Source of the DNA: Nymphaea colorata
Taxonomy: Eukaryota
Direction: 5' to 3'
Assembly: GCF_008831285.2 (NCBI RefSeq)
Contig: NC_045138.2
Location: 4,092,001 to 4,156,000, forward strand
DNA: 64,000 nt
This document shows positions 1 to 12,617 of the stretch, one piece after another. Positions within the stretch are counted from its first letter, which is position 1; the number at the start of each line of letters is the position of its first letter. The notes beneath the pieces are model-generated. The model saw only the letters and a program-made list of their open reading frames with translations, did not search any database and was not told the DNA's origin. Position numbers and translations under genes: made by a program.

Positions 1-490
1 GTATATAGAAAATTAGCCGATTGTAGTTTTTCATCAACGATCTTGCTTTCCATTTCTCTTCAATAGCATTTTTCTGTAGTCACTACTAAGATATTCAATC
101 TTTGGTGACATTTTCCCAGAACAAAACATGAGTAAAAATTTCATTTTCTTTTGTTTTCAATGCCGATTTTTTAAAATGTCAATAAAGGTGATAACCTTCG
201 GTGACATTGCCCGTAAACGCCAGTAAAAATTTCAAATTTTTTATCTCCCACACTTGTTATTTTAATTTGAAAAGTTTAATCATTAGTTGCATGATACTTC
301 ACATCAGTACATGTTAAATTTTTAAATTTCCTCCAATATCCTTTCTCGCCCATATTTTAAACTTTTAGTGACACGAACACATTTGCGGAACTACAAATCT
401 GCTGCCTTATCGAAATAGATGTGCCTCCCTCATTCGCATATTTTCTCTTTCTCCCTTCCTCCTTTCTACCCGCTCAAAGGTTTGCCCCCC

Positions 491-577
<87 letters not shown>
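491..577. repeat. (CT)n-(AT)n compound microsatellite; further long (AT)n arrays at ~1652-1732, 12552-12615, 15458-15519, 20850-20907, 28915-29030, 40814-40932
   Basis: Directly visible; these arrays explain the IYIY/SLSL/RERE ORFs. Confidence 0.98.
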
Positions 578-580
<3 letters not shown>

Positions 581-1648
581 TATTTTTTTATGCTTATCGT
601 CATTTTAAATTATATCGTCATTTTAAATTATATTGCAAAAAGAAGGATGTCAATTGCCACATCAATTATGGATGCTAAAATTGGTCGTAATTAGTACCTT
701 TTGTTTTGTTCTTTTCTTATTTGTCATTTTCTTTTTCTTATTAATTTCATAGAACATTAAGACATTAAAACAAATAGTTTCATTTAAAAAAAATGAATGA
801 TGGTATCGAAAAAGGCCGCTATCAATATGTTCTTGGTTACTCCATTGGGATTTGCGTTACTGAATGGTATTGGGCTATCTTGATCATAAAATCCAAATTC
901 AAGGATATATTTAAATCCAAATTCAGTGACGTATTTAAATTGTGTAGCAATACCCTGATCACATGGCTGAGTTGGATTTCAACTTCATATTAGCTTTGGT
1001 CAAAATGAATTTGGATTAACATGAGGAAAAAAAAAAACGAGTACCAAATTTAGATCCGAATAGCTAGCTAATTAATCAGATGTATGCATATAGTCAATCT
1101 GAAAAGGTGTGCTGAACCATGGACAAGTTAAGTGTTAGGTATGACAAAAATGAAAAGAAAAAAAAATCGACTTTGTAAATATCAGTATGGTCTACAATAT
1201 ACATTGACAAACAATGCCGCGCATTTTTTCGTTTCTTAATGGAAAAGTAATTTAAAACGAAAAAAACTTTAAATAGAATATTCAAGTTAGAGAGATCACG
1301 TGCCAATAGTTTGTTCTTCATTTAGGAAATTGTTAGTCTTCATTTTAATATCATTCACATTCTATTAGCTTACTTACCCCAGCATGAGCTTACGTCGCCT
1401 TTATTTATTTTTTTTCTTAATTGGAGGAGACCTCGAAGTCCAGATGACGTAGAAGATTAGGATTTATTTAGCAGCAGTCATGGATCTTGCCAAGCTGTAG
1501 AGAACGTGGGCTCACCACAACCCAAATTAAGTGGTAGGCCTGCTGATGGGATGATTCTTTCGCATAAAATCCACAACTACGAATTAACAAACCGGAAGAC
1601 CTGCTGCGCTTGTGTATAGAGAGAGAGAAAGAAGGCCAAGAAAGGTCA

Positions 1649-1739
<91 letters not shown>

Positions 1740-1741
1740 AG

Positions 1742-2047
1742 TGTTAGAGGGTTAGCTCTAATCCTCATGGCAAACTACCAATCTAATGAAGAACAAGAAC
1801 ACAAATTGAATGAAAAAGAAGGAAACATGTACAAAGGAAAGCAAAATAATAGGGTTTTAAATTAATTATCTTCACCCTCTGGAATGAACTAGCTACACGT
1901 TCCTTTAAATGGAAACCATTAAATAGAGCTTCCTAATTAATTGGGTCTTGGACCCAAAATTAAAATAATAATGTCCAAGCTCAATCTAATGGATGAAAAC
2001 TTATAAAAGATCCGATAAAATCAAAATAAAGTGGATCCATTCTAAGA
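1742..2047. mobile_element. Possible solo LTR (Copia-like)
   Basis: Begins TGTTAGA and ends TCTAAGA (one mismatch from TCTAACA); not seen in the paralogous segment. The flanks TGTAG/TATGG match only 3/5. Confidence 0.35.
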
Positions 2048-2091
2048 TATGGGCTGGGTGAACTGCTCCTGCAACGTTGTTGATCTGAGTG

Positions 2092-2132
<41 letters not shown>

Positions 2133-2170
2133 ATATATATATATATATATATAACCTGTGCCACACTGGT

Positions 2171-2895
2171 TAGGGGTGGGTATCGGGGCCGGGCCGGGTC
2201 GTCGTGCATCCCCGCGGCGAGTGGTGGGTAAGAGGATGGAACGCGCTGAGGCGAGTTAGGAAGCCGACTACGCCTACCGAGACTTCTCCACGCGCTTCTC
2301 TGCCCCGCTGAACAAGTCCAGATATCTCTCAAAAGATATGCCGGTTTTCATGGCGGCTCATTGACGACGACGAGCAAGATGAAACGGAAAATCATAGGGA
2401 AAGGGGGAGCGGAGAGGAGGAGAAAGAGGGAGAGGGGGAGCAGTAGGGAAAGGGGGAACAGAGAGGAGGAGAAAGAGGGAGAGGGGGAGCGGTAGGGTAA
2501 GGAGAGGAGAAAGAGGGAGAGGGGGAGCGGTAGGGAAAGGGGGAACAGAGAGGAGGAGAAAGAGGGGGAGGGGTAGGGAAAGAGGAGGAGAAAGATGGAA
2601 AGGGAGACGGAGTACAGGAGGAGGGGGAGCGGTAGGGAAAAGGGGAACAGAGAGGAGAAAGAGGGGGAGGGGTAGGGAGACGGAGGAGAGGGAGAGGGAG
2701 ACGGAGGACAGGAGGAGGGGGAGCGGGACTGCGGGAGGGGGAGGCGGGAGCCTGGAGTAGGGCCGGCCGGGCCGCCATCGGGCCGGACTATCCGGCCCGG
2801 GACTGCTGCCGGGCTGGCCTAACGTGCCCGGGCCATGTTTTCCCCGGCCCAGGCCGGGCCGACCCGACGGCGGCCCGGCCCGACGCCCAGCACTA
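2171..2895. mobile_element. Non-autonomous hAT element (725 bp)
   Basis: Perfect 8-bp TSD ACACTGGT (2163-2170, 2896-2903). Imperfect TIRs TAGGGGTGGGTATCGGG and (revcomp) TAGTGCTGGGCGTCGGG; GGCCCGG subterminal motifs; internal G/A-rich tandem repeat 2396-2750. Confidence 0.88.
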
Positions 2896-3113
2896 ACACT
2901 GGTTTGTTGAAGATTAAATTACTAGCTCTGTCCACAAATCCATCAGCAACTAGAAATTAAAGAAGACCTGCTGTAGTTATATTCACACACAAGAGAGAGA
3001 GAGCCAAGAAGACTATATATATGTGTGTACACACACCTACTGTTATGCCAATATGTACTTCTGTAACCAAGTCCAAATTTGACTATGAAGTCCAGCAAAT
3101 TATTTGTAGCTAC

Positions 3114-3744
3114 AGTGCTGGTACGAGTACGGGAAAATGGGTGCGGGTACAGCGTTTTTACAAATCTTGGTACGGGTACGAAAAAACTTTTATTATGATA
3201 ATATGATTTTTTTAATTAAAAAATAAAAGAATTGAAAAAAACAAATGATATCATCTAGAATTTGCATATTAGGGCAACACATGCAAATAGATTTGTATAT
3301 GTTTTCGACAACGGGAAAACAAGAGAGAAAGAAGAATGGTTTCTCAAACCAACTCCAAAGTGAAAAGAAACTAATTAAATAGACGGTGCCAGTTGCTTGA
3401 GTGGTAAAGGGCCTCAAATTTAGACGGTGCTATTTTGTTAGTTTAGGGAGGTTTGTTGTATGGTGCTTGATAGAACTCAATCTCACAAATGAGAAGGAAT
3501 TGGGGAACATGTCTTCCAAGGAGTTCCACTGCCCTTGTAACAAGTTTTCACGCCTGCATAAACCAAGTACTGACGTGTTTAATCCTGCCGTTGCCCAAAG
3601 CCTGCTACCGCTACTTACAAAACCGAGACTAAGACTAAGGGAGAAAGAAGGAGTCGGGTATTTGTTGGTTGGGAATATGGTTTGGATCTGGTTCTGATTT
3701 GAAACCAGATTCAACCAGAACGTCAACGTACCACGGTGACATAG
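3114..3744. mobile_element. Non-autonomous hAT-like element
   Basis: Perfect 8-bp direct repeat GTAGCTAC at 3106-3113 and 3745-3752; GGTACGGGTACG-type subterminal motifs; right end ...GTGACATAG. Confidence 0.7.
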
Positions 3745-4259
3745 GTAGCTACTAGTTTGGTCATACCCAACATCGAAATAAATTTGAATACAAGATGGTA
3801 AATTGTTTTTACATAATGAAATCAGATAAACGAACGACTAACAAGAAACCTGACGAGAATAAAAAAAAAGGGAGCTCAAAGAGATGTAATAAAAAAAAGG
3901 GAGCTCAAAGAGATGTAGAAGGTTTGGGTTGGGAGATTCTTTCCACCAGATTTAATAATGAGCAGTATATAAATCAACTAATTAAATTTCTTATTTAGCA
4001 CACAACTTAATAAAAAAATGTATGATTGAACATTTTTCTCATGTGCTTCAGTATTATAAACATGTTTCATTAGATTGAAGAGAAAAACAGGTCACACCAT
4101 TACCAGGGGAAAATTCATGTGAACGGCAGAAACATGAAGGACGAGAGAGCCGTCTATGGAACTGACAAAAGAGCGTGGAAACCGAGAGAGCCGTCTATGG
4201 CATCTACTCTCTGCCCATATTATGGAGCTAATTGTCAATGGTAATTGTGGCAGGGTGGT

Positions 4260-4271
4260 CTTTATATATTG
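4260..4271 (+). promoter_or_regulatory. Candidate TATA box of NLR copy 1 (counterpart at ~10547-10557 in copy 2)
   Basis: CTTTATATATT lies ~90 bp upstream of the ATG, followed by a CT-rich 5'UTR-like tract; the position is conserved in both copies. Confidence 0.45.
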
Positions 4272-4351
4272 CACTTTGTCTTTCTTCCCTCCCCCACCTG
4301 AAAATTGCTTCTCCTCCTCTTGCTCTTCCATCGACAGAGAAACCGGGGAAG

Positions 4352-5348
4352 ATGGCAATAGCAATTGACGCACTTGCGGCAACAGCTATTTCGAATCTGC
4401 AAACGGCTGTAACCAGTTTGTTGAAATACGAGGCGGACCTCATCTTGGATGCCAAAGACGATCTCAGCAGAGCAAGCTGAAACACCTGCAGAAGACCAAC
4501 GACGATCTCAGGCAGCTCCAAAGCAAGCTGAAACACCTGCAGAAGACCCTCAAAGACGCAGATCACAAGCCCTTTTCCAGCGACGAGCATGAGAGAAATG
4601 TGTCGGGAGAGCTGGAGGACGTTATTTATGATGCCCAGGACATCATGGAAGAATATCGAACCATAATTGAGCTCACCAAAAGGGAGAACTTTGTAATTGC
4701 TTTTTGGAACAAGGTAAAAGAACCCTGGATCACTCTATGCTCTTGCTTTAATGAACATGCATATGCTAATCCCTACCAACTTGGAACTAATATTAAAAAG
4801 ATCAATGAAAGGCTTGAAGAAATAGCGAAAGATAGTAAAATGGCAGGTTTGCCCAACACAGCACCAAAAGAGAGTTGTGAAGAGGGTCCTCTTGGTAGTG
4901 GTAGTGAACATGACAAAATTGAAGAGACAAACCATCACATTGGTACTGCACAACCACGCATAGGCAGAGCCGAGGATAAGAAGAAAGTAAAAGAACTCTT
5001 GTTTGACGTCTCTACAGAAAGTAGTGTGCCAGTGTGGTCCACAAAGTAGGGTACTTGTTGCGTGCAAAAAGTATGACAAGCGATGACTGGGAAACGGTTG
5101 AGAATAGTGAGATCTGGCAATGGGCAATGTCAGCCCCATCTTCCATTGATACCATTCTTTGACAGAGAAGAACATTTGTGATTTCCCCAATCTGAAGTTT
5201 CTGGTGGACGTCAATAATGTTACTCCCCAACAAAATAACGTACCAGCCACACGTCCCAACGGATGCAAAGGAACAGATTGCCTGCCTCTCGAAGCTTGAT
5301 CAATCGTTGATAATTTACAGATGTCACGCACTTGATCTGCTGCAATGA
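4352..5348 (+). pseudogene. CC-NB-ARC (Rx-type CNL) resistance-gene pseudogene, copy 1
   Basis: ATG 4352 (MAIAIDALAATAISNL). An imperfect 44-bp internal duplication (4457-4500) causes a frameshift and stop. The frame from 4501 gives the Rx-CC EDVID-like motif ELEDVIYDAQDIMEEY and pre-P-loop IGRAEDKKKVKELL. The P-loop to GLPL region is deleted relative to copy 2; homology resumes at the ARC1-like DDWETVENSEIWQW, followed by an LRR-like remnant. Confidence 0.9.
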
Positions 5349-8185
5349 TAGGAGATGATTAGTGTTTTTTTATATCATGCTGCTGAAAATTTTCTATTCA
5401 TTTTAAATTGTCTGTAGTGTGTGTGGATTTAAAGTCAGTGACAAAATTGTAACTAATCTTTTTGTTAAATATGCAATTTTTGCATTTTATCGGCTCTTGA
5501 TTTTCTCTCTCTCCCTTGTTTGATTTGGAACTTGCGAGATTTTTATGTCATGTTTTCCATCTACAAAAGTAGAGAAAATGTGTAAGAATCAATAGATTGC
5601 AACTATCTTCAGCAAACGTGATAGAAGCAGGAGAGTGTGTTGCCGTTTGACAGGATTTAGTTATCTTAGTGTAGTTTGTAGCCATCTGGCTTAGCTTGGA
5701 AGCAGTGATTAATTTCTCAGCAGGTCATAACTTTCTCTTTCACCCACCACACATTTGGCCTATATATTAATTCTTGGCAGATCCAACCACTGTTTTACTT
5801 TCCATCCATATATATATATATGTGTGTGTGTGTGTAAAAGATCAAATCTGCTCAATCCCATCCATATTTAAAAATGTAAGGTAGCTAGCAAAGATGATCA
5901 CCTCCTATTGTATTCTTGAGCCCTCCATCTAAGGCTAATTTTGATAAACATTGCTCTTTATGAAGGCACTGCAATGATATTCCCTCGTGTGTGGTTCACC
6001 AGCACCTTAGTCTCCCTCGTGAACAATGTTTTATTTACGTCACACTCTTTCAAAGTAAGAGAATTATCTGAAGTACTACCAGTACTTACTCTTCATTTAA
6101 TTAAGCCCAACATCCAGATATGTTTGAATTTTGGAAAAAAGAGGATTGCACCAAATCTTATGATGTTAAATGAAGTGTTTGTCTCAAATAAACGAAAGTT
6201 AAAGTTTTTATACCCAAAAAATATTTGCAAAAAGTATCAATTATGTACATATCGGTACCTACCGGCACCATATATAAATGATACATGCGGTGCTGTTTGG
6301 ATCAAATAGATGGACACAATACTAAAAATTACCTTTTTCCTTTTACTTTAAGGAAATTTTAAACAACAATTTTAAATATTATTTTGTTTTATATACACCA
6401 AGAATATAACCCCACGTTTGGTACATGATCCTTTAGGCAATGTTCAAAGTTTTGTTCGCACTGATTCTTTATCTCTTTTCTCTCTTTCTCTCTCTCTTTC
6501 TCTCTTTCTATCTCCCTCTCGCCCTTGGCAGTTGGCCAAGGGTTTCATTCTCGATTGCTATATGAGGTTTTCGTTTTCATGGCAAACCCTCCGCCGGTTG
6601 CCGATTGCTATACATGCGGTGCTGTTTGGATCAAATAGATGGCCAATGTCGTTTGCCTGAATGGGTACCAACACTAAAAACACAACAATTTTAAATATTA
6701 TTTTGTTTTATATACACCCGTTGATGCATGCCGGCCCCACGTTTCCCATTACTTATAAAACACATACACACTCTTTCAGAATTGCATGCCGGCCCCATGT
6801 ACAAAGTTTTGTTTTTTCATATCTTATGATATTCACAAAGTTAAAAACACACACACTCTTTCAGAATTACGCACATATATATCTTTATATTCGCCGTCGG
6901 GTTTCACTAAAACACATACACACCCTTCCAATCTATTATTCCAAAAAAATTACAAATACAAAGAACTAACAAAATGTTCACTTACAAAGCTGGTTATATG
7001 GGTGATACTGGTGCACAAAATTTTTTTACACAACGACAAAAATACCTCTCATTCACATTAAAAAAACAAGTTTTTTTGTAGAATACAAATCAAAATCAAA
7101 ACTAATGAAATGACTATAAAAAAACACATGTTTTTTAATTACAAAAACTCTTTCTTTTTTGTTACTGTGTATCGCACGAAAAGCGACGCACGCAACTCTT
7201 TCTTTTTTTCCTCCCTCTCCTCTGCTATGCAAGACCGGCAGTGGCGTCCCCTCTCGCACTGAGTCTTGATCTCTTCTCTCTCCCGCTCTCTCTCTCTCTC
7301 TCTCTCTCTCGCCCATGGCAGTTGGCCAAGGGTTTCATTCTCGATTGCTATACGAGGGTTTCGTTTTCATGGCAAACCCTCCGCCGGTGGCCGAGGGCTT
7401 CTTTTTCATGGAAAACACCTTTAATCTGCGGTGGAAGTTCACGGAACTAAAATCTCTTAATGGTGAATGAGAGGGTTTTTGCACACAGACAGGTCCTCCA
7501 TGCTTCGGATGGGCTCTCAGATACTTTCGATCAGATTAAAGGCTTCTATTGCTGGTAGTCCTAACTGAAACATCGAATAAACAAGTTCATTGTACATTTT
7601 CTTTTTCCGATTATTTCTTTCTTTCATCTCTTGTAAAGTTTCATCAAGGATGCTTAGAATGTGATATTTTTAGGCACAGTATATTTTTAGTAAAGGTTTT
7701 TCATACTTTTAGGGACGGTTTTAAACATTGTTAAAGGGAGATTTTGTTAATAAAAGGTTTTAATAGAATGTTGTAGAAATGCTACTCCAGCTGAACAGCT
7801 TAGGGAGAAGAATGAAGTATTTGCTCCTAAATTAAACACAAGATGTCAAATATTTGTAAAGTCCCCAGTGATTCTGATCAACAAAGTAGTGTATTTGGGA
7901 ATTAAAAATTTATAATTCACACTACAACAAAATACAGACCTAAGGTCGTTCGAAGCTGATTATATACAGCACATCCATGTATGTAAATTTCATAAAAAAC
8001 CATGATTAATACAACCAGAAACTTTATGTAAGGATAAGAACGGGAACCACAAAAGGAATATTTGAGGATTCGATAAAGATAAAATTTGTCAGTCTATATA
8101 TACATATCGTTATAACCAATGTATCCTTTTAAATAGTAAAAAATATTTTCATTTTTTTGCCCCGCTTATAGCATTGTGTCTTGAT

Positions 8186-8520
8186 CTCATAAATATTTTA
8201 TTATCTCACAAACATTATCTCATACTTATTTTTAGTGTTACCACATATATCCGTCCATTACCTCATTATTTCATAAATATTTTATTGTCTTGTAAACATT
8301 TTCTCATACTTATGTTTAGTGTTATCTCGTGCATCCATCTGTTATCTTATTATCTCATAAATTTTTTGTCATCTCATAAATACTATCTCATACTTATGTT
8401 TAGCATTATCTCATACATCTATATGTTTGTTATCTCGATATCTCATAAATCTTTTGTTATCCCATAAATATTATCTCATATTTATTTGTTATTTTATACC
8501 TATTTGTTATCTCATGCACA
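8186..8520. repeat. Degenerate ~84-bp tandem repeat, ~4 copies
   Basis: The unit start TCATAAAT recurs at 8187, 8271, 8355 and 8443 with matching downstream sequence (TCTCATACTTATGTTTAG). Confidence 0.8.
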
Positions 8521-9850
8521 TGCATATGTAACGTTTTGGCATAAAAGTAAATGTACATGTTGACAATAAGGTTCACCCTCGGCGTATGCGCGCACGTAAC
8601 TCGATCTTAGGGTCGTTGGTAATATTAACATACAATGTTGACGTTTTGAACCGTTGGGTCATGACCTGCCCTATGTCGTCTCTCTCATCATGTTCGGACT
8701 TATTAAGAACAGATTCATGGAACACTTGCCAGGGTGTTTTATAAATCTGCCATCTTATTTTAAGCAGGTTCATAGGATAGTAACAATATAGTCAAACAAC
8801 TTGGTAAAGACTCACCAATCCCTCACGAAGAAGTCGACTTTATAAATGTGGGTGCATTTAATGAACCATTTTTTTCCTTTCATAATTAAGCAAAAGTAAT
8901 TAAAACAAAAAAAAACCAAATAGAATATTCTCGGTTATAAGAGTGAAGATCACGAGCCACTACGCTTTTCCATATATCTGGCACCATGTTCCCTTACGAC
9001 TTGATTTAGGAATTTTTTTTTTACTCTCCATTTTAACACCATTCATATTCATATTCTGTGAGCGCATTTCGCCTCTAACTTCTTTTTCTTAATTGTCGAT
9101 ATTTGAATTTTTTTTGTTAAATAAAACACTAAATTAAGTCAAGATAAACTTGTGGGAGTCAAAAGCAGCAGCTAGATCATGACCCAACTAATCCAGACCC
9201 TCCGCACACCACATCCCATGTCAGCAGACTCTTTCTTTACAACTGCCAATTGTAATTGGCTTCATACTGTGCTTGGTATCTAATCTCATGTAGTCTTTGT
9301 TGTGATCCCAATTGTCAATTAATATGTTTATTCAAATTTTGCTCTTCGGCATGTCTAACTTCTTTGGCCCAGTCTGAACTCGAACGGGTTGCGCTCACCT
9401 AGCCTACTAATCCCAACATATTATATTCTTGGATCAAATAGCGCGTGTTGAGCCAACAATGGCCATGCAGACCTGGCTGGATCAAACTCAAGACCTTCAA
9501 ATTAAGGCAGGTCAAGGGTTTATTATTCAAGAACATCTCAAAGCATCTTTCAGTCCTCTAGGGCATCTTTCAGGTAACGTAGAAGATTAGGATTGGGGGA
9601 ATTTTCCCATATTTATTTAACAGCAATTGTGGATCTTGCAAACCTCTAGGGCACATGTGCTCACCACAGTCCAAATTAAGCGGTGGGCATGTTAAACTTC
9701 TGACTTTCTTATAAAACTAACAACTAGGATTAAAGAAATGTACTTTGATGCCCCGGGTATTACACGCTAAAAATGTGCTTTCAAAATATAATATACTTGG
9801 ACTTTTACGATACATGGAGGGCAGGAATGGCTAAAGGATTCCACCTTCTC

Positions 9851-9896
<46 letters not shown>

Positions 9897-10636
9897 ATAT
9901 ATATATATATACATATAATTTCTTAATGTAACTTGTTTTAGACTGACTTGAATGGTGGTAGACTTGTACGATGTGGCAAAAAAACATGTGAATTTACATT
10001 TTAAAATGTACTTAATTTTTAATTCAATCAACGATACATTTCAGCAACTGATTTATGATAAAAAAAACATGTGTATTTTTGTTTTAACATGTAATTTCTT
10101 GAGGCAAAACGCTTGCCGGTGATTTTAGAGATGTAGAAGGCTTGGGTTGGGGGATTTTCCATTTAGCATCAAGTAAATTAACTAATTTAATTTTTTCTTT
10201 AGCACAACTTAATAAAAAAACGTATCATTGAGTATTAATTTTTTTCATGTGCTCCAATATTATAAACAAGTTTCACCAGATTGGAGAGGAAACCAGGTCA
10301 CATCACTACTGGTGGAAAAATTCATGTGAATGACAGAAATATGGAGGGAAAAGGAAGCAGCAATCTGAATGTAACTAGTTTAGAGGAGAGAAAGAGCCGT
10401 CCATGGAACTAACGAAAGAGCGTGGAAGCCAAGGGCTGGACGTCTTTTTACATTATTGTCTAAATTAAAGGGAGTGAGAGAGCTGCTTTATCTACTCTCT
10501 ACCTACATGATGGAGCTAATAGTCAACGGTAATTGTGGCAGCGTTTTCTTTATATTTAGTACCTTGCCTTTCTTCCCCGCCACTTGAAAATTTCTTCTGT
10601 TCCCTTGCTCTTCCATCTACTTACAAATCCGGGAAG

Positions 10637-12101
10637 ATGGCAATCGCAATCGACGCGCTCTCAGAAACAGCTCTTTCTAATCTGTTGGGGGCTGTAAGCA
10701 GATTGTTAGAAGACAAGTTGGGCCTCATCTGGAGTGCCAAGGACGATCTAAAGCAGCTCGAGTGCAAGCTGGAGCACTTGCAGAAGGCCCTCAAAGATGC
10801 AGATCACAAGCGGTTTTTCAGCAAGGAGCACGACATAGATCTGGAGAGAGAGTTGAAGGACGTTTTTTATGATGCCCAGATTACCATCGAAGAATACCTA
10901 ACCACAATTGTGCTTAGCAAAAAGGGGAACATCTATTCTCTTGCTTTATGGAACAAGGTAAGAAGACTCTTGATCACTTTATGCTCTTGCTTTGAAGAAC
11001 ATCTATCTGCTTTTGACCAATTTGGAACTGAAATTAAAAAGATCAACCAAAGGCTTGACGAAATCGAAGAAGCTAGTAAAATGGTGGATTTACTCAACAC
11101 AGCACCAAAATATACTAGTGGTGAAGCTCTTATTTGTGGTGAACATGACAATCCTCGAGAGATATCCTATCACGTTGGTACTGCACAACCACCCATTGGC
11201 AGGGCACACGATAAGGAGAAACTAAAAGAACTCTTGTTTGATGGCTCTATAGGAAAACATGGTGTCTCTATTGTATCCATTATAGGTCAAGGCAGCATTG
11301 GGAAAACTACTCTTACAAAAATGGTCTTTAATGAAGTTGAGGAACAGTTTGGGAAACGCAGTGGTGGGTTTGTGTTTCAGAGAAGGTAAACCGTATGAGT
11401 TTGTTGCAAAAGATACTAAAAGAAATATGCAACGGATCGGAAAGAAAACTTGAGGGCATCACTTCCTTTAGTGACTTGTGCATACGACTACAAAGCGAGC
11501 TCGCAAAGAGCAAGTTTTTGTTGGTCTTAGATGACGTATGGGAATTAGATTGGTGGATGGGAGCGGTAGAGGATGTCCTGATGGGGGGTGCAAATGAGAG
11601 CAAGATTTTAATCACCAGTGGAAACATAGAAGTCTCCCAATGGATTGGTGTATAAATTACCCGAAATGACTCTCGATGAAAGTTGGAGATTGTTTCTGAA
11701 TGTGGCAATGAAAGAAGAAAATGAATTGGCAAGTCACAATTTGAAAGATATTGGGGAGAGGATGGTGAGCAAGTGTGGTGGGATTCCACTTGTTGTCAAG
11801 AAAGTAGGGTGCTTAATGCGTACAAAAAAGATGACTAGAGATCACTGGGAAGCCGTTGAGAATAGTGATATCTGGAAATGGGCGATGCGTGCCCCATCTT
11901 CCACTGGTAGCTTTCTTTGACAGACATGGCTTCCCCAATCTAAAGTCTACCAAGTCCCTGGTAGACGTCAATATTACTCCCCAACAAAAAGATGCAGTAG
12001 CAACATGTCCCACGGATGCAAAGGAACAGATTGCCTGCCTCTCGAAGCTTGATCAGTCGTTGATAATTTGCAGAAGTCATGTACCCGATCTGCCGCAATG
12101 A
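10637..12101 (+). pseudogene. CC-NB-ARC (Rx-type CNL) resistance-gene pseudogene, copy 2
   Basis: ATG 10637. Motifs seen: ELKDVFYDAQITIEEY, P-loop GQGSIGKTTLT, RNBS-A WWVCVS (after a frameshift at ~11360), kinase-2 KFLLVLDDVW, RNBS-B SKILITSGN, second frameshift at ~11650, RNBS-C ESWRLF, GLPL-like CGGIPLVV, stop at 11918-11920. No RNBS-D or MHD. LRR-like remnant (GFPNLKS...LSKLDQSLIICRSHVPDLP) to 12101. Confidence 0.93.
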
Positions 12102-12549
12102 TAGGAGATGACTAGTGTTGCTATATCATGCTATGCTATTGAACTTTTTCTTTTTATTTCAAATTGTCTGAAATGTGTGTGGTTTTAAGATCAGTGAAGA
12201 TTGCAAGTAATATTTTGGTTGAATATGCAATTTTTGCATTTCAGCGGCTCTTTTCTCTCTCTCCCTTGTTTGACTTGGGTGATGCAACTTTTTTAGATCA
12301 TGTTTTCCATCTCTAACAGTGGGGAGAATGTGTAAGAATCAATAGAGTGAAACTGTTTCCGCAAACCTGACTGAAGCAGGAGAGCATACTGCCGTTTGAC
12401 AGGGATCAGTCAGCTTGGGTGTGTTTTGTAACTATCTGGCTTAGCTTGGAAATAGTGATTAATTAATTTTTTGATCAGGTCATAATTTTCACTTTCACCC
12501 ACCACACATTTGGGTTATTAATTCTTATCGCATCCAACCACCATTTTAA

Positions 12550-12617
<68 letters not shown>

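Noticed and set aside
81..100. CACTACTAAG possible CACTA terminus (also CACTACAAC at 7920)
   Set aside because: No matching right terminus with a 3-bp TSD could be found.
419..694. ORFs with IYIY/SLSL/RERE runs here and throughout
   Set aside because: They are translations of microsatellites or of the GA-rich tract.
2392..2778. Pro/Ser-rich extensin-like ORF
   Set aside because: It is the antisense of the G/A tandem repeat inside a TSD-bounded hAT element.
4232..4351. Hydrophobic in-frame N-terminal extension of the NLRs (also 10535-10636)
   Set aside because: The ATG at 4238 is ACG in copy 2, and the region contains the likely TATA box and CT-rich 5'UTR.
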